Below are positions 23,647-32,895 of a DNA stretch of 44,272 nucleotides, piece after piece. The DNA is from Verrucomicrobiota bacterium. Its GTDB lineage: Bacteria; Verrucomicrobiota; Verrucomicrobiia; Limisphaerales; BJHT01. Each line of letters opens with the position of its first letter. The first letter of the stretch is position 1. The stretch covers positions 1-44,272 of the forward strand of contig JAYVOY010000555.1 in the NCBI GenBank assembly GCA_043757645.1, given 5' to 3'. The translations under genes and the position numbers were made by a program. The notes beneath the pieces were generated by a model. It ran no database searches and was not told the origin of the DNA. It worked only from the letters and a program-made list of their open reading frames with translations.

Positions 23647-24066
23647 ATGGCAATGATGCCGGCAAGAGTTAAGTATCGCAAAATGCAGCGGGGCAACCGC
23701 GCGGGGATGGCCTCGCGGGGTAACAGCGTCGCATTTGGCGAGTTTGGGTTACAGGCGCTGGAGCGGTGCTGGCTGGACACGAAGCAGATCGAGGCTGCGC
23801 GCGTTGCCATTACCCGCAACATGAAGCGGCGCGGCAAGGTCTGGATTCGCATTTTCCCGGACAAATCATTTACGAAGAAGCCGTTGGAAACCCGCATGGG
23901 TCATGGCAAAGGCGGGGTGGAGTCCTGGGTGGCGGTGATCCGTCCGGCCAGTGTGCTCTTTGAGGTGGACGGCGTGCCGGTGGCGCTCGCCCGGGAGTCA
24001 CTTCGTTTGGCGGCAACCAAATTGCCGATCAAAACCAAGTTCATTTCGCGCCGTAAAATCGGTTAA
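23647..24066 (+). CDS. rplP: 50S ribosomal protein L16
   Basis: [22 protein letters not shown].. canonical L16. Confidence 0.98.
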   Translation: MAMMPARVKYRKMQRGNRAGMASRGNSVAFGEFGLQALERCWLDTKQIEAARVAITRNMKRRGKVWIRIFPDKSFTKKPLETRMGHGKGGVESWVAVIRPASVLFEVDGVPVALARESLRLAATKLPIKTKFISRRKIG

Positions 24067-24079
24067 TTTTGTAGAGACG

Positions 24080-24280
24080 ATGAAAATGTCCGAATTGAAA
24101 GATTTAACCCTGCCCGAATTGGCGGCGAAGGGAAACGAGCTGCGGCAGGAATTGTTTAACCTGCGGTTGCAAAAGGCGACTAGTCAGTTGGAAAAACCCT
24201 CGCGCCTGCGGACACTGCGCCGGGATGTCGCCCGCGTGGAAACCCAGATGTCGGCTGTGCGCCGCAAAACGGCAGCCTAA
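24080..24280 (+). CDS. rpmC: 50S ribosomal protein L29
   Basis: [41 protein letters not shown].. from the ATG at 24080 (alternative ATG at 24086). Confidence 0.93.
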   Translation: MKMSELKDLTLPELAAKGNELRQELFNLRLQKATSQLEKPSRLRTLRRDVARVETQMSAVRRKTAA

Positions 24281-24291
24281 TTGATTTTTTT

Positions 24292-24582
24292 ATGGCAGAT
24301 AACACATTAGTCCGCGGTCAGCGCAAGGAACGGATTGGCGAGGTCGTCTCGAACAAGATGGAGAAGACCATTGTCGTTCGAGTGCAGCGGCGCTTCCGGC
24401 ATGCTCAGTTCAAAAAGGTCGTGACGAGCTATCATAAGTTCTACGCGCACGACGAAAAGAAGCTTGCCAAGGTGGGCGACCGGGTGCGAATCGAAGAGAC
24501 GCGGCCGTTGTCCAAATTAAAGTGCTGGCGGCTGGTGGAAATTGTCGAGCAGGGCAGCGAAGTGGCGCCGGTGGCGGTCTAA
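24292..24582 (+). CDS. rpsQ: 30S ribosomal protein S17
   Basis: ..[38 protein letters not shown].. canonical S17. Confidence 0.96.
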   Translation: MADNTLVRGQRKERIGEVVSNKMEKTIVVRVQRRFRHAQFKKVVTSYHKFYAHDEKKLAKVGDRVRIEETRPLSKLKCWRLVEIVEQGSEVAPVAV

Positions 24583-24591
24583 TTTAAAGTT

Positions 24592-24957
24592 ATGTTTCAA
24601 GTACGCTCCATTCTCGATGTCGCGGATAACACCGGTGCCAAGCGCGCCGCGGTTATCGGCGTGCTGGGTCGGAACCAACGCTACGCGCGGATTGGTGATG
24701 TCGTGAAAGCGCACATCAAGGAAGCCACTCCCGATGGCACCGTCAAAAAGGGCGAGGTGGTTAATGCCGTGATTGTGCGCACGCGGAAAGCCATTCGCCG
24801 CAACGATGGTTCTTATCTGCGCTTTGATAACAATGCGCTGGTGATTATCGACAAGGAAAACAACCCGCGGGGAACGCGGATTTTCGGACCGATCGCGCGG
24901 GAGCTGCGCGAGAAGAAGTTCATGAAGATCATCTCCCTGGCACCGGAGGTAATTTAA
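24592..24957 (+). CDS. rplN: 50S ribosomal protein L14
   Basis: [26 protein letters not shown].. canonical L14. Confidence 0.98.
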   Translation: MFQVRSILDVADNTGAKRAAVIGVLGRNQRYARIGDVVKAHIKEATPDGTVKKGEVVNAVIVRTRKAIRRNDGSYLRFDNNALVIIDKENNPRGTRIFGPIARELREKKFMKIISLAPEVI

Positions 24958-24959
24958 TT

Positions 24960-25244
24960 ATGGCTAATTTTCATGTTCGCAAGGGTGACGAGGTCGTCGT
25001 GATCGCCGGGGCTGACCGTGGCAAACGCGGCCGTTTGATCGCGGTGTTGACCGGCAAGGATCGCGTGGTTGTCGAGGGGGTTGCCATGATGAAGCGCCAC
25101 ATGCGCAAGAGTCAGCAGCATCCGAATGGCGCGATTGTGGAACGCGAAGGCTCGGTTCACATGTCGAACGTGATGCGGGCGGATAACTATGATGCCCGGC
25201 AGGCCAAGCGCTCGACGACTGCGGTGGCGGGGACGAAGGCTTGA
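24960..25244 (+). CDS. rplX: 50S ribosomal protein L24
   Basis: KOW motif VRKGDEVVVIAGADRGKRG; position between L14 and L5. Confidence 0.95.
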   Translation: MANFHVRKGDEVVVIAGADRGKRGRLIAVLTGKDRVVVEGVAMMKRHMRKSQQHPNGAIVEREGSVHMSNVMRADNYDARQAKRSTTAVAGTKA

Positions 25245-25254
25245 TTGAGGGACT

Positions 25255-25800
25255 ATGAAATCGCGACTTTACAAGAAATACATTGATACCGTTCGTCCGG
25301 CGTTGATCGAAAAACGGAAATATACGAACATTCATCAAGTTCCGGTGATCGAGAAGATCATGGTGAACATGGGGGTGAGTGCGTCGCTGGAGAAGGGTGC
25401 GGTTGATGAAGCCGTCAAGGAAATGACGATGATCACGGGGCGCAAGCCGATCATCACCAAAGCGCGCAAGAGCATCGCCAACTTCAAGCTGCGCGAGGGG
25501 CAATCCACGGGTTGCTATGTGACGCTGCGCCGTGACGTGATGTATGAGTTTTTCGACCGCCTCGTTGCGGCCGCCTTGCCGCGGGTTCGTGATTTCCGGG
25601 GAATTTCGCCGCGCGCCTTTGATGGCCGGGGGAATTATAGCCTCGGCGTATCTGATCAGACCATCTTCCCGGAAATCGAACTGGACAAGATCAAGCGGCA
25701 GCAGGGGATGGACATCACGATTGTGACCAGTGCCAAGTCCGATGGGGAAGCGCTGGATTTGTTAAAGATGATGGGTATGCCATTTGCCGAAGGAAAATAG
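25255..25800 (+). CDS. rplE: 50S ribosomal protein L5
   Basis: [41 protein letters not shown].. canonical L5. Confidence 0.97.
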   Translation: MKSRLYKKYIDTVRPALIEKRKYTNIHQVPVIEKIMVNMGVSASLEKGAVDEAVKEMTMITGRKPIITKARKSIANFKLREGQSTGCYVTLRRDVMYEFFDRLVAAALPRVRDFRGISPRAFDGRGNYSLGVSDQTIFPEIELDKIKRQQGMDITIVTSAKSDGEALDLLKMMGMPFAEGK

Positions 25801-25801
25801 T

Positions 25802-26071
25802 ATGGCCAAAAAAAGCTGGATTGAACGGGATAAGAAGAAGGCTGCGACGGTCAAAAAATACGCCGCGCTGCGGGCGGAATTAAAGGCCAAGAAGGACTAC
25901 GCCGGGTTATCCAAACTGCCGCGCAATGCCAGCCCGTCGCGGCAGGTCCGCCGCTGCTCTATTAGTGGTCGTCGGCGCGGGTTTATCCGCAAGTACGGGG
26001 TTTCGCGATTAACCTTTCGTGAACTGGCCTTGAATGGTCTGATCCCGGGTGTAATTAAAGCCAGTTGGTAA
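25802..26071 (+). CDS. rpsN: 30S ribosomal protein S14 (long form, single Cys, no CxxC pairs)
   Basis: [20 protein letters not shown].. ..[40 protein letters not shown]; the ATG at 25802 lies 1 nt after the rplE stop. Confidence 0.95.
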   Translation: MAKKSWIERDKKKAATVKKYAALRAELKAKKDYAGLSKLPRNASPSRQVRRCSISGRRRGFIRKYGVSRLTFRELALNGLIPGVIKASW

Positions 26072-26075
26072 GAAT

Positions 26076-26462
26076 ATGACTGATCCGATTTCCGATATGC
26101 TGACGCGGATTCGCAATGCGAATCTCGCCCTCTTGCCCTCCATTGAAATGTCGCATTCCAAGATGAAGGAGAGCATTGCCAAGCTTCTCAAACGGGAAGG
26201 CTACATTGAAGAGTGGGCGGTCGACGGCAAGGCACCGAAGACTTTGAAGCTTAAGTTGAAGTATGTGGGCCGCAAGGCGGTCATCGAGGGCCTGCGCCGC
26301 GTGAGCAAGCCCGGCCTCCGACACTACGTGGGAGCCACCGAAATGCCGAAAGTGCTGCGCGGCATGGGAACGGCGATCGTCTCGACCCCCAAGGGCGTGA
26401 TGACCGGGACCGATGCCCGCAAGGAAAATGTGGGTGGGGAAGTCCTTTGTTTTGTCTGGTAG
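26076..26462 (+). CDS. rpsH: 30S ribosomal protein S8
   Basis: MTDPISDMLTRIRNANLA.. canonical S8. Confidence 0.98.
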   Translation: MTDPISDMLTRIRNANLALLPSIEMSHSKMKESIAKLLKREGYIEEWAVDGKAPKTLKLKLKYVGRKAVIEGLRRVSKPGLRHYVGATEMPKVLRGMGTAIVSTPKGVMTGTDARKENVGGEVLCFVW

Positions 26463-26477
26463 TCAACCGAATTTAAT

Positions 26478-27014
26478 ATGTCGCGAATCGGAAAACAGCC
26501 CATAAGTGTCCCGCCAAAGGTTAAGGTGACCATCACCGGTCGGCGCGTGGCCGTGGAAGGCCCGAAGGGCAAGCTGCAAATTGAATTGCCGAAACGTGCC
26601 TCAGCGGCCTTGGCGTCCGGGGTCGTGACCGTTTCGCGCGATGGGGATGATGCCGAGGCCAAGGCGTTGCATGGATTGAGCCGCTCATTGATCAATAACA
26701 TGATCAAGGGTGTCGCCGACGGTTTTGTGAAGAAGCTGGAGATCAACGGCGTTGGCTTCAAGGCGGCGGTGCAGGGTAAGATTGTCAATCTCGCCTTGGG
26801 CTATTCGCATCCTATTAATTATCCGATCCCCGATCAAATCAAGGTGACCGTGGAGGAAAACACGAAACTCACGATTGAGGGACCCGACAAACAGGTGGTC
26901 GGCCAGGTGGCGGCGGAAATCCGCAGCTTTTATCCGCCCGAGCCTTACAAGGGCAAGGGTGTTAAATACTCCGACGAACGGATTATTCGTAAGGAAGGCA
27001 AGACAGTCCAATAA
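26478..27014 (+). CDS. rplF: 50S ribosomal protein L6
   Basis: MSRIGKQPISVPPKVKVTI.. ..YKGKGVKYSDERIIRKEGK.. Confidence 0.97.
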   Translation: MSRIGKQPISVPPKVKVTITGRRVAVEGPKGKLQIELPKRASAALASGVVTVSRDGDDAEAKALHGLSRSLINNMIKGVADGFVKKLEINGVGFKAAVQGKIVNLALGYSHPINYPIPDQIKVTVEENTKLTIEGPDKQVVGQVAAEIRSFYPPEPYKGKGVKYSDERIIRKEGKTVQ

Positions 27015-27055
27015 TCAATTTGATAGCCGGGGCAGGGTGCCTGGCAGATTTGCTC

Positions 27056-27421
27056 ATGAGAAACGAGAAGAAGAACGGTCTGTTGCAGCGGCGGCGATGG
27101 CGCATTCGGAAGAAAGTGCGGGGCACGGTGACGCGCCCGCGGATGAGTGTGCGCTTCACTGGCAAGAACATTCATGTCCAGTTTATCGACGATCTCGCCG
27201 GGGTGACTATCGCCAGCGCCTCAACCCTGCACAAAGACAATCCGGATCGCGATGCGCTCTCGGCCAATGTCAAAGGTGCCGCAGTGGTGGGCAAAGCCGC
27301 CGCGACCGCCGCCATCAGCAAAGGGATCAAGTCGGTCGTGTTTGATCGCAGTGGTGCCCGCTTCCATGGCAAGGTCAAAGCTTTGGCGGATGCCGCCCGG
27401 GCCGCAGGTCTCCAATTGTAA
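27056..27421 (+). CDS. rplR: 50S ribosomal protein L18
   Basis: MRNEKKNGLLQRRRWRIRKKVRGTVTRPRMSVRFTGKNIHVQFIDD.. ..FDRSGARFHGKVKALADAARAAGLQL. The ATG at 27056 is preferred over the tracked TTG at 27020. Confidence 0.93.
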   Translation: MRNEKKNGLLQRRRWRIRKKVRGTVTRPRMSVRFTGKNIHVQFIDDLAGVTIASASTLHKDNPDRDALSANVKGAAVVGKAAATAAISKGIKSVVFDRSGARFHGKVKALADAARAAGLQL

Positions 27422-27444
27422 CTTTAATAACCCCTTAAGAAAAC

Positions 27445-28080
27445 GTGGCTGATATCATTGAAGCAAAAGCGCCCGACGCAGGTCGTCCGGCAGGTGGACG
27501 GGGCGGTGGTGGCGGCGGCGGCGGTGGCCGATCCAATCGTGGTGGACCGCGGCGCGGTCGCGGACCCGGCGACGGCGGCAGCGGCGACGGACGCGGCGAG
27601 AGCGAGCTTGTGGAGAAGGTCGTTGTCATCAATCGTTCCGCCAAAGTAGTCAAGGGTGGTCGTCGTTTTAGCTTCAGCGCGTTGGTGGTGACCGGCGATC
27701 GGCGCGGCCGCGTCGGTCTCGGCTTGGGCAAGGCCAAGGAAGTGGCCGATGCGATTCGCAAGGGCGGCGAGGTTTCCAAGGGCTGCATGCTCGCGGTTTC
27801 CTTGAATGGCCCGACGATTCCGCACGATGTGGTTTTTGAATTTGGTGGCGCGCGCGTCTTGTTGCGCCCGGCATCTCCGGGAACGGGATTGATTGCGGGT
27901 AAGACTGTCCGTGCGGTGCTTGAAGCGGCCGGGGTTAAAGATATCCTCAGCAAATCCCTCGGTTCGAGTAATGCGGGCAACGTGGCGAAAGCCACTTTGG
28001 CGGCACTCAAGAGTCTTAGGCTCCGGGCGGATATCATGGCCGCGCGCGGCATTGCGGTCGAACTGAAGAAAGCGGTTTAA
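27445..28080 (+). CDS. rpsE: 30S ribosomal protein S5 (GTG start; Gly/Arg-rich N-terminal extension)
   Basis: Core ..[42 protein letters not shown]... It is preceded by [40 protein letters not shown]. Confidence 0.93.
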   Translation: MADIIEAKAPDAGRPAGGRGGGGGGGGGRSNRGGPRRGRGPGDGGSGDGRGESELVEKVVVINRSAKVVKGGRRFSFSALVVTGDRRGRVGLGLGKAKEVADAIRKGGEVSKGCMLAVSLNGPTIPHDVVFEFGGARVLLRPASPGTGLIAGKTVRAVLEAAGVKDILSKSLGSSNAGNVAKATLAALKSLRLRADIMAARGIAVELKKAV

Positions 28081-28086
28081 TTTGGT

Positions 28087-28587
28087 ATGCGACTACACGA
28101 TTTAAAGCCCAAACACGGTTCCAAGCATCGGCGCAAGCGGCTGGGCCAGGGCGAGTCCAGCGGACACGGCAAAACCAGTGGCCGCGGTGGCAAGGGCCAG
28201 ACGGCGCGCTCGGGTAGTTCCATCCGTCCGGGTTTCGAGGGCGGGCAAATGCCGCTGATTCGGCGCATGCCCAAACGGGGCTTTAACAATGCCCGGCACA
28301 CGACGATCTATTTGCCGGTCAATGTCGGTTCCTTGAACCAATTTGACGAGGGTGCGCGGGTGGATGAGTTGGCGCTGCGGGCGGTTGGCTTGGCGAACGG
28401 CCGGGCTCACGGGGTTAAGATTTTGGGTCAGGGACAACTCACCAAGAAGTTGACCGTTGTCGCGGATTCATTCAGTGCCTCGGCCAAAACGGCGATCGAG
28501 AGCCTGGGTGGAACGTGCGAGATGGTTCCCGTAAAGCCGGTGCAACCGAAGGGAAAACCGGCGGCGAAGCGGTCACCCAAGGCTTGA
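28087..28587 (+). CDS. rplO: 50S ribosomal protein L15
   Basis: MRLHDLKPKHGSKHRRKRLGQGESSGHGKTSGRGGKGQTARSG.. canonical L15; it starts 6 nt after the rpsE stop, so no rpmD is present. Confidence 0.97.
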   Translation: MRLHDLKPKHGSKHRRKRLGQGESSGHGKTSGRGGKGQTARSGSSIRPGFEGGQMPLIRRMPKRGFNNARHTTIYLPVNVGSLNQFDEGARVDELALRAVGLANGRAHGVKILGQGQLTKKLTVVADSFSASAKTAIESLGGTCEMVPVKPVQPKGKPAAKRSPKA

Positions 28588-28614
28588 TCCGGAGAGTTTT
28601 GCCACGACTGACTC

Positions 28615-29991
28615 ATGGTTAAATCGATTCTAAATACGTTCGCCAATTGCTTTCGGATTCCCGAACTCAAGCAGCGTATTCTGTTCACCCTGATCGTGCT
28701 GGCGATTTGTCGGGTGGTGTCGATGATACCGATTCCCGGGCTAGATGGGCACGCGCTCGCGGAGTACTTCAAGAGCAATGCCAACTCCACGGATGGACTG
28801 CTCGGGATGTATAGTATGTTCACCGGCGGCGCGATGGAACGCTGCGCCGTGGGTTCACTGGGGATCATGCCATACATTAGTGCGACGATTATTATTCAGC
28901 TTCTCTCAGCGGTGATTCCGACGCTGTCCAAGCTCGCCCGCGAGGAGGGCGGCCGCGCGAAGATAATACAATATGGACGGTTTCTGACGGTGTTGCTTTG
29001 CGTTGGGCAGGGCTTCGTTATGGCCGTTGGTTGGGAAAATCCGAGGTCGATTCTTAGTGGGTTTGAGGGGGTGCTAGTCCAGACCGATAATGTGTGGTGG
29101 TATCGGATCCAAACAACGGTGGTGCTTACGACCGGGACGCTGCTGCTAATGTGGCTCGGGGAACAAATCACGGAACGGGGGATTGGCAATGGGATTTCGC
29201 TGGTTATTTCTGTGGGTATTATGGCGCGGATGCCGCAGGCATTGCATGCCACCTATGAAATGTTCGTTCCGCCCGCCGGGATCGAGTCCAGGTTCACAAT
29301 TTTTCACGCCATCGCCATGGTGTTGCTGCTCTTGGGGGTGGTTGCCGGGGTGATTGCGGTGACGCAGGCGCAGCGGAAAATCCCGGTGCAATATGCCCAG
29401 CGCGCGGTGGGACGGAAGGTGGTTCCGGGTGGGTCGTCATTCATGCCGTTACGGGTGAATTACGCCGGCGTGATGCCGATTATTTTCGCCCAGGCTATTT
29501 TGATGTTCCCAGAGAAGATACTGTTCACCTTGGGAAAAGCCTTGAAGGTTCCATTCTTTGAGGATGTTGCGCGCAATTTGACCCATGGTTCGCCGTTTTA
29601 CTTGTTGCTGGAGGGCCTGATGATTCTATTCTTCTCCTACTTCTGGGTGGCGACGCAATTTAATGAGCTACAGATCGCCGATGATTTGAAGAAGTATGGC
29701 GGCTATATCCCTGGGGTTCGTCCGGGCGCGGCGACGAGTGATTTTCTCCATCACGCGATGAGCCGGATCACGTTGGCGGGCGCGATCTTTCTCGCGGTGA
29801 TTGCGGTGTTGCCGACCATCATGACCCAGAGTTGGAATATCAATTTCAGCGTCGCGCAGTTCTTTGGTGGCACGAGTATTTTGATCACGGTGGGTGTCAT
29901 GCTGGATACGATGCGCCAGATGGAGTCGCATCTCCTCATGCGGCATTATGATGGCTTTCTGAAGAAGGGTCGCATCAAGGGTCGGTTTTAG
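28615..29991 (+). CDS. secY: preprotein translocase subunit SecY
   Basis: 458 aa polytopic protein; ..PELKQRILFTLIVLAICRVVSMIPIPG.. ..GIMPYISATIIIQLL.. SecY signatures. Confidence 0.97.
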   Translation: MVKSILNTFANCFRIPELKQRILFTLIVLAICRVVSMIPIPGLDGHALAEYFKSNANSTDGLLGMYSMFTGGAMERCAVGSLGIMPYISATIIIQLLSAVIPTLSKLAREEGGRAKIIQYGRFLTVLLCVGQGFVMAVGWENPRSILSGFEGVLVQTDNVWWYRIQTTVVLTTGTLLLMWLGEQITERGIGNGISLVISVGIMARMPQALHATYEMFVPPAGIESRFTIFHAIAMVLLLLGVVAGVIAVTQAQRKIPVQYAQRAVGRKVVPGGSSFMPLRVNYAGVMPIIFAQAILMFPEKILFTLGKALKVPFFEDVARNLTHGSPFYLLLEGLMILFFSYFWVATQFNELQIADDLKKYGGYIPGVRPGAATSDFLHHAMSRITLAGAIFLAVIAVLPTIMTQSWNINFSVAQFFGGTSILITVGVMLDTMRQMESHLLMRHYDGFLKKGRIKGRF

Positions 29992-30044
29992 CCCTCTCCG
30001 GTCGCCGCGCCGAAGCTAGCTTGGGTGCGGTTCCGGACTCGTTT

Positions 30045-30824
30045 ATGATCATCATCAAGAACGAGCGTGAGTTGGTCTTGATGCGGGCGGCGGGATCGGT
30101 GGCTGGGACGGTGTTGGAAGATGTGGCGTCGTGGATTGCGCCCGGTGCGACGACGAAAGAGATAGACGAATACGCTGGCGCGCGAATCCGGCATTACGGT
30201 GCGCGCAGTGCGTTTTTGGGCTATCGAAAGTATCCGTGTAATATCTGCATCTCTGTGAATGAGCAGGTGGTTCACGGACTAGCCGGCCCGCGACGGGTTC
30301 AATTTGGCGATATTGTGAGTCTTGATGTCGGGGTCGTGCATCAGGGCTTCATCGGTGACACGGCGCGGACAGTCGCGGTCGGTGGCTGCAGCTTGCAGGC
30401 GCAGAAATTGATTGATGTTACCGAAAAGGCCTTGTATGAAGGAATTTCGCAGGCGGTAGGCGGTGGTCGGGTGGCGGATATTTCGGGCGCGATTCAGCGT
30501 TGTGTTGAGTCGCACGGCTTCAGTGTGGTGCGGGAATTTGTCGGCCATGGGGTCGGACGAACGGTGCATGAAGATCCGCAGGTGCCGAACTTCTTGGACG
30601 GCAAGTCGTCGCCGAAGTTAAAGCCGGGAATGACGCTGGCGATCGAGCCGATGGTGAACGCGGGTAAGGCGACGGTGCGGGTATTGGCCGATGGTTGGAC
30701 CGTGGTGACGCAGGATGGACAGCCATCCGCCCATTTTGAGCACACCGTGATAATCACGGATGCAGAGCCGGAAATAATTACATGGCCCGCGACGATGTCA
30801 TCAAAAGCGAAGGCACTGTTGTAA
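30045..30824 (+). CDS. map: type I methionine aminopeptidase
   Basis: MIIIKNERELVLMRAAGSVAG.. ..FVGHGVGRTVHEDPQVPNF.. ..AHFEHTVIIT... The ATG at 30045 gives the canonical N-terminus (the tracked TTG at 30021 is less likely). Confidence 0.95.
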   Translation: MIIIKNERELVLMRAAGSVAGTVLEDVASWIAPGATTKEIDEYAGARIRHYGARSAFLGYRKYPCNICISVNEQVVHGLAGPRRVQFGDIVSLDVGVVHQGFIGDTARTVAVGGCSLQAQKLIDVTEKALYEGISQAVGGGRVADISGAIQRCVESHGFSVVREFVGHGVGRTVHEDPQVPNFLDGKSSPKLKPGMTLAIEPMVNAGKATVRVLADGWTVVTQDGQPSAHFEHTVIITDAEPEIITWPATMSSKAKALL

Positions 30825-31000
30825 AGGTGCTCCCGGATAGATTGTGGTTGGTGGAATTGGCGAACGGGCATCGGTTGTTGGCGCATGGAAAGCCATCCAA
30901 ACCGGCTGGTGGTGATGGTGAAGGCTGGCAAACTGGCCAGCGGGTGTGGTTGGATTTATCGCCTTTCGATTTATCGACAGGCAAAGTTCGGTCTGAATAG
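30782..31000 (+). CDS. infA: translation initiation factor IF-1 homolog (divergent central segment)
   Basis: MARDDVIKSEGTVVKVLPDRLWLVELANGH..AH.. and ..TGQRVWLDLSPFDLSTGKV match the IF-1 S1-domain ends. It is 72 aa and sits in the conserved position between map and rpmJ. The central GKPSKPAGGDGEGWQ is atypical. Confidence 0.8.
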   Translation: MARDDVIKSEGTVVKVLPDRLWLVELANGHRLLAHGKPSKPAGGDGEGWQTGQRVWLDLSPFDLSTGKVRSE

Positions 31001-31012
31001 ATAATTAGATTT

Positions 31013-31126
31013 ATGAAAGTTCGCGCATCAGTTAAAAAGCTTTGCGAGCATTGCAAAATCGTGAAACGCAAGGGCGTTATTCGCGTCATTTGCACCAACG
31101 CCCGCCACAAACAACGTCAGGGTTAA
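31013..31126 (+). CDS. rpmJ: 50S ribosomal protein L36 (zinc-ribbon form)
   Basis: Hand-translated because it is below the ORF-track cutoff: [37 protein letters not shown], 37 aa, with a C-x2-C...C...H pattern. Confidence 0.95.
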   Translation: MKVRASVKKLCEHCKIVKRKGVIRVICTNARHKQRQG

Positions 31127-31132
31127 GCAATT

Positions 31133-31528
31133 ATGCCACGTATTCTCGGAGTTGATATTCCCCCGCATAAGCGCATCGACATTTCGCTGCGCTACATCTA
31201 TGGCATCGGGCCGTCCAACGCCAAGGTGGTTCTCGCCAAGGCCAAGGTGGACCCGGCCATCCGCGCCAAGGATTTGAATGAACAACAATTGTCGCTGATC
31301 GTTCACGCCATTCAGGAGGGCAAGTATGTGATCGAAGGCGATCTGCGCCGCGAAATCGGTCTGAACTTGAAGCGCCTGCAAGGCATCAAGTGCTATCGCG
31401 GTATCCGGCATCTGCGCGGATTGCCGGTTCGCGGGCAACGGACCCAGACAAACGCGCGCACCCGCAAGGGACCGCGGAAGACGGTCGGCGTGCAACGCAA
31501 AGTTGAGGCGAAAGCGGGAACCACCTAA
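31133..31528 (+). CDS. rpsM: 30S ribosomal protein S13
   Basis: [26 protein letters not shown].. canonical S13. Confidence 0.98.
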   Translation: MPRILGVDIPPHKRIDISLRYIYGIGPSNAKVVLAKAKVDPAIRAKDLNEQQLSLIVHAIQEGKYVIEGDLRREIGLNLKRLQGIKCYRGIRHLRGLPVRGQRTQTNARTRKGPRKTVGVQRKVEAKAGTT

Positions 31529-31542
31529 GCAATCTACGAAAT

Positions 31543-32154
31543 ATGGCTGAAGAACCGAAAAAGAAAACGGCACCGAAGAAGGAAGCCAAACCCGACGCGC
31601 CTCAGGCGGTCGCCGGTGAGGCTGGAGCGGAGAAGGCTCCCAAGGCCGCTAAGAAGCCGGTTGCAGACGGCGCGAAACCCGTCACCGATCCGGCCGCAGC
31701 GCCCGCGGGACCGACCGTGGTCGCGTCCGCCGCGGCTCCCACCGCCGCCGAATTGCTCGCCGATAGCATGGCGGGTAAGAAAATTGTCAAAGCCAAGGGC
31801 GCGAAAAATATTTCCGTCGGCGTGGCGAACATTCTCGCGACGTTTAACAACACCTTGGTGAGCATCACCGATATGCAGGGTAATATCCTGGGCTGGTCGA
31901 GTGCCGGGCGCGTGGGTTTCAAAGGTTCCCGTAAGAGCACCGCGTTCGCGGCCCAACAGGTGGCGCAGGATGCCGCCCGTCAAGCTATGGCGCACGGAAT
32001 GCGCGAAGTGGAAATCCGGGTCAAAGGGCCTGGCTCCGGTCGCGAGTCGGCCATTCGGGCGCTGCAAGCCATTGGCTTGGAAATCAGCACCATCAAAGAC
32101 ATTACTCCGGTGCCGCATAATGGCTGCCGGCCGCGCAAGAAACGGCGCGTCTAA
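31543..32154 (+). CDS. rpsK: 30S ribosomal protein S11 (with about 75-aa Ala/Pro/Lys-rich N-terminal extension)
   Basis: Core ..[46 protein letters not shown].. ..[12 protein letters not shown]. The frame is open from an ATG 14 nt after the rpsM stop. An internal ATG at 31768 would give a canonical-length protein. Confidence 0.9.
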   Translation: MAEEPKKKTAPKKEAKPDAPQAVAGEAGAEKAPKAAKKPVADGAKPVTDPAAAPAGPTVVASAAAPTAAELLADSMAGKKIVKAKGAKNISVGVANILATFNNTLVSITDMQGNILGWSSAGRVGFKGSRKSTAFAAQQVAQDAARQAMAHGMREVEIRVKGPGSGRESAIRALQAIGLEISTIKDITPVPHNGCRPRKKRRV

Positions 32155-32184
32155 GTTTTCTCAACCTCCGACAATTCTCGCAAC

Positions 32185-32793
32185 ATGGCTCGTTATACTG
32201 GTCCCCGCGTTCGCATCAGCCGCCGCTTCAGCACGGCAATTTTTGGCGCTTCCAAGTATCTGGAGCGCCGTCCCTACGGTCCCGGCGTGCATGGCCCGAA
32301 GTCCCGCCGCAAACTCACCGACTACGGCATGGGCTTGGTCGAGAAGCAGAAATTGCGCTATTACTACGGCCTGATGGAAAAGCAGTTCCGTGGAGTCTAT
32401 GAACGCGCGCTCAAGAAACGCGGCGTCACGGGCGAAACGATGCTCCAAATCCTGGAGACGCGTCTGGATAGCGTGGTCTATAATCTAGGCTTTGGAACCA
32501 CCCGCGCCGCGGCGCGGCAGTTTGTGACTCATGGCCACGTGAAGGTCAATGGTCGCAAGGTCAACGTGCCGTCCTATGCCTCGAAAATCGGTGATGTGAT
32601 CGAGGTGCCCGATAACAAGGTTTCGCGCCAGCTCGCCACCAAGTCGATGGAAGGTTCCACCAGCCGCGCCATTCCCGAATGGTTGACCATTGATCGCGAG
32701 GCGTTCAGGGGTTCGGTCATGCGGATGCCGACCAAGGGAGACATTAATCCCATCGCTAACGAACAGGCTGTCGTCGAATTTTATTCCCGCTAA
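32185..32793 (+). CDS. rpsD: 30S ribosomal protein S4
   Basis: MARYTGPRVRISRRF.. ..EKQKLRYYYGLMEKQFR.. canonical S4. Confidence 0.98.
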   Translation: MARYTGPRVRISRRFSTAIFGASKYLERRPYGPGVHGPKSRRKLTDYGMGLVEKQKLRYYYGLMEKQFRGVYERALKKRGVTGETMLQILETRLDSVVYNLGFGTTRAAARQFVTHGHVKVNGRKVNVPSYASKIGDVIEVPDNKVSRQLATKSMEGSTSRAIPEWLTIDREAFRGSVMRMPTKGDINPIANEQAVVEFYSR

Positions 32794-32895
32794 CCAACAA
32801 CCGCCCGTCCATCGGGCGAACGGCAAATATAAGGTTCGGTTTCCAGCTTTGGGAATGAGTTGGGACGGACAGTTTAAAATTGCCACCAGAAAACC

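Noticed and set aside
30880-30945. infA as a frameshifted pseudogene
   Set aside because: The frame is intact over 72 codons, the canonical length. Translating the other two frames across the divergent segment does not recover the ISGKMRKNYIRIL-type motif. It is kept as a divergent but possibly functional gene.
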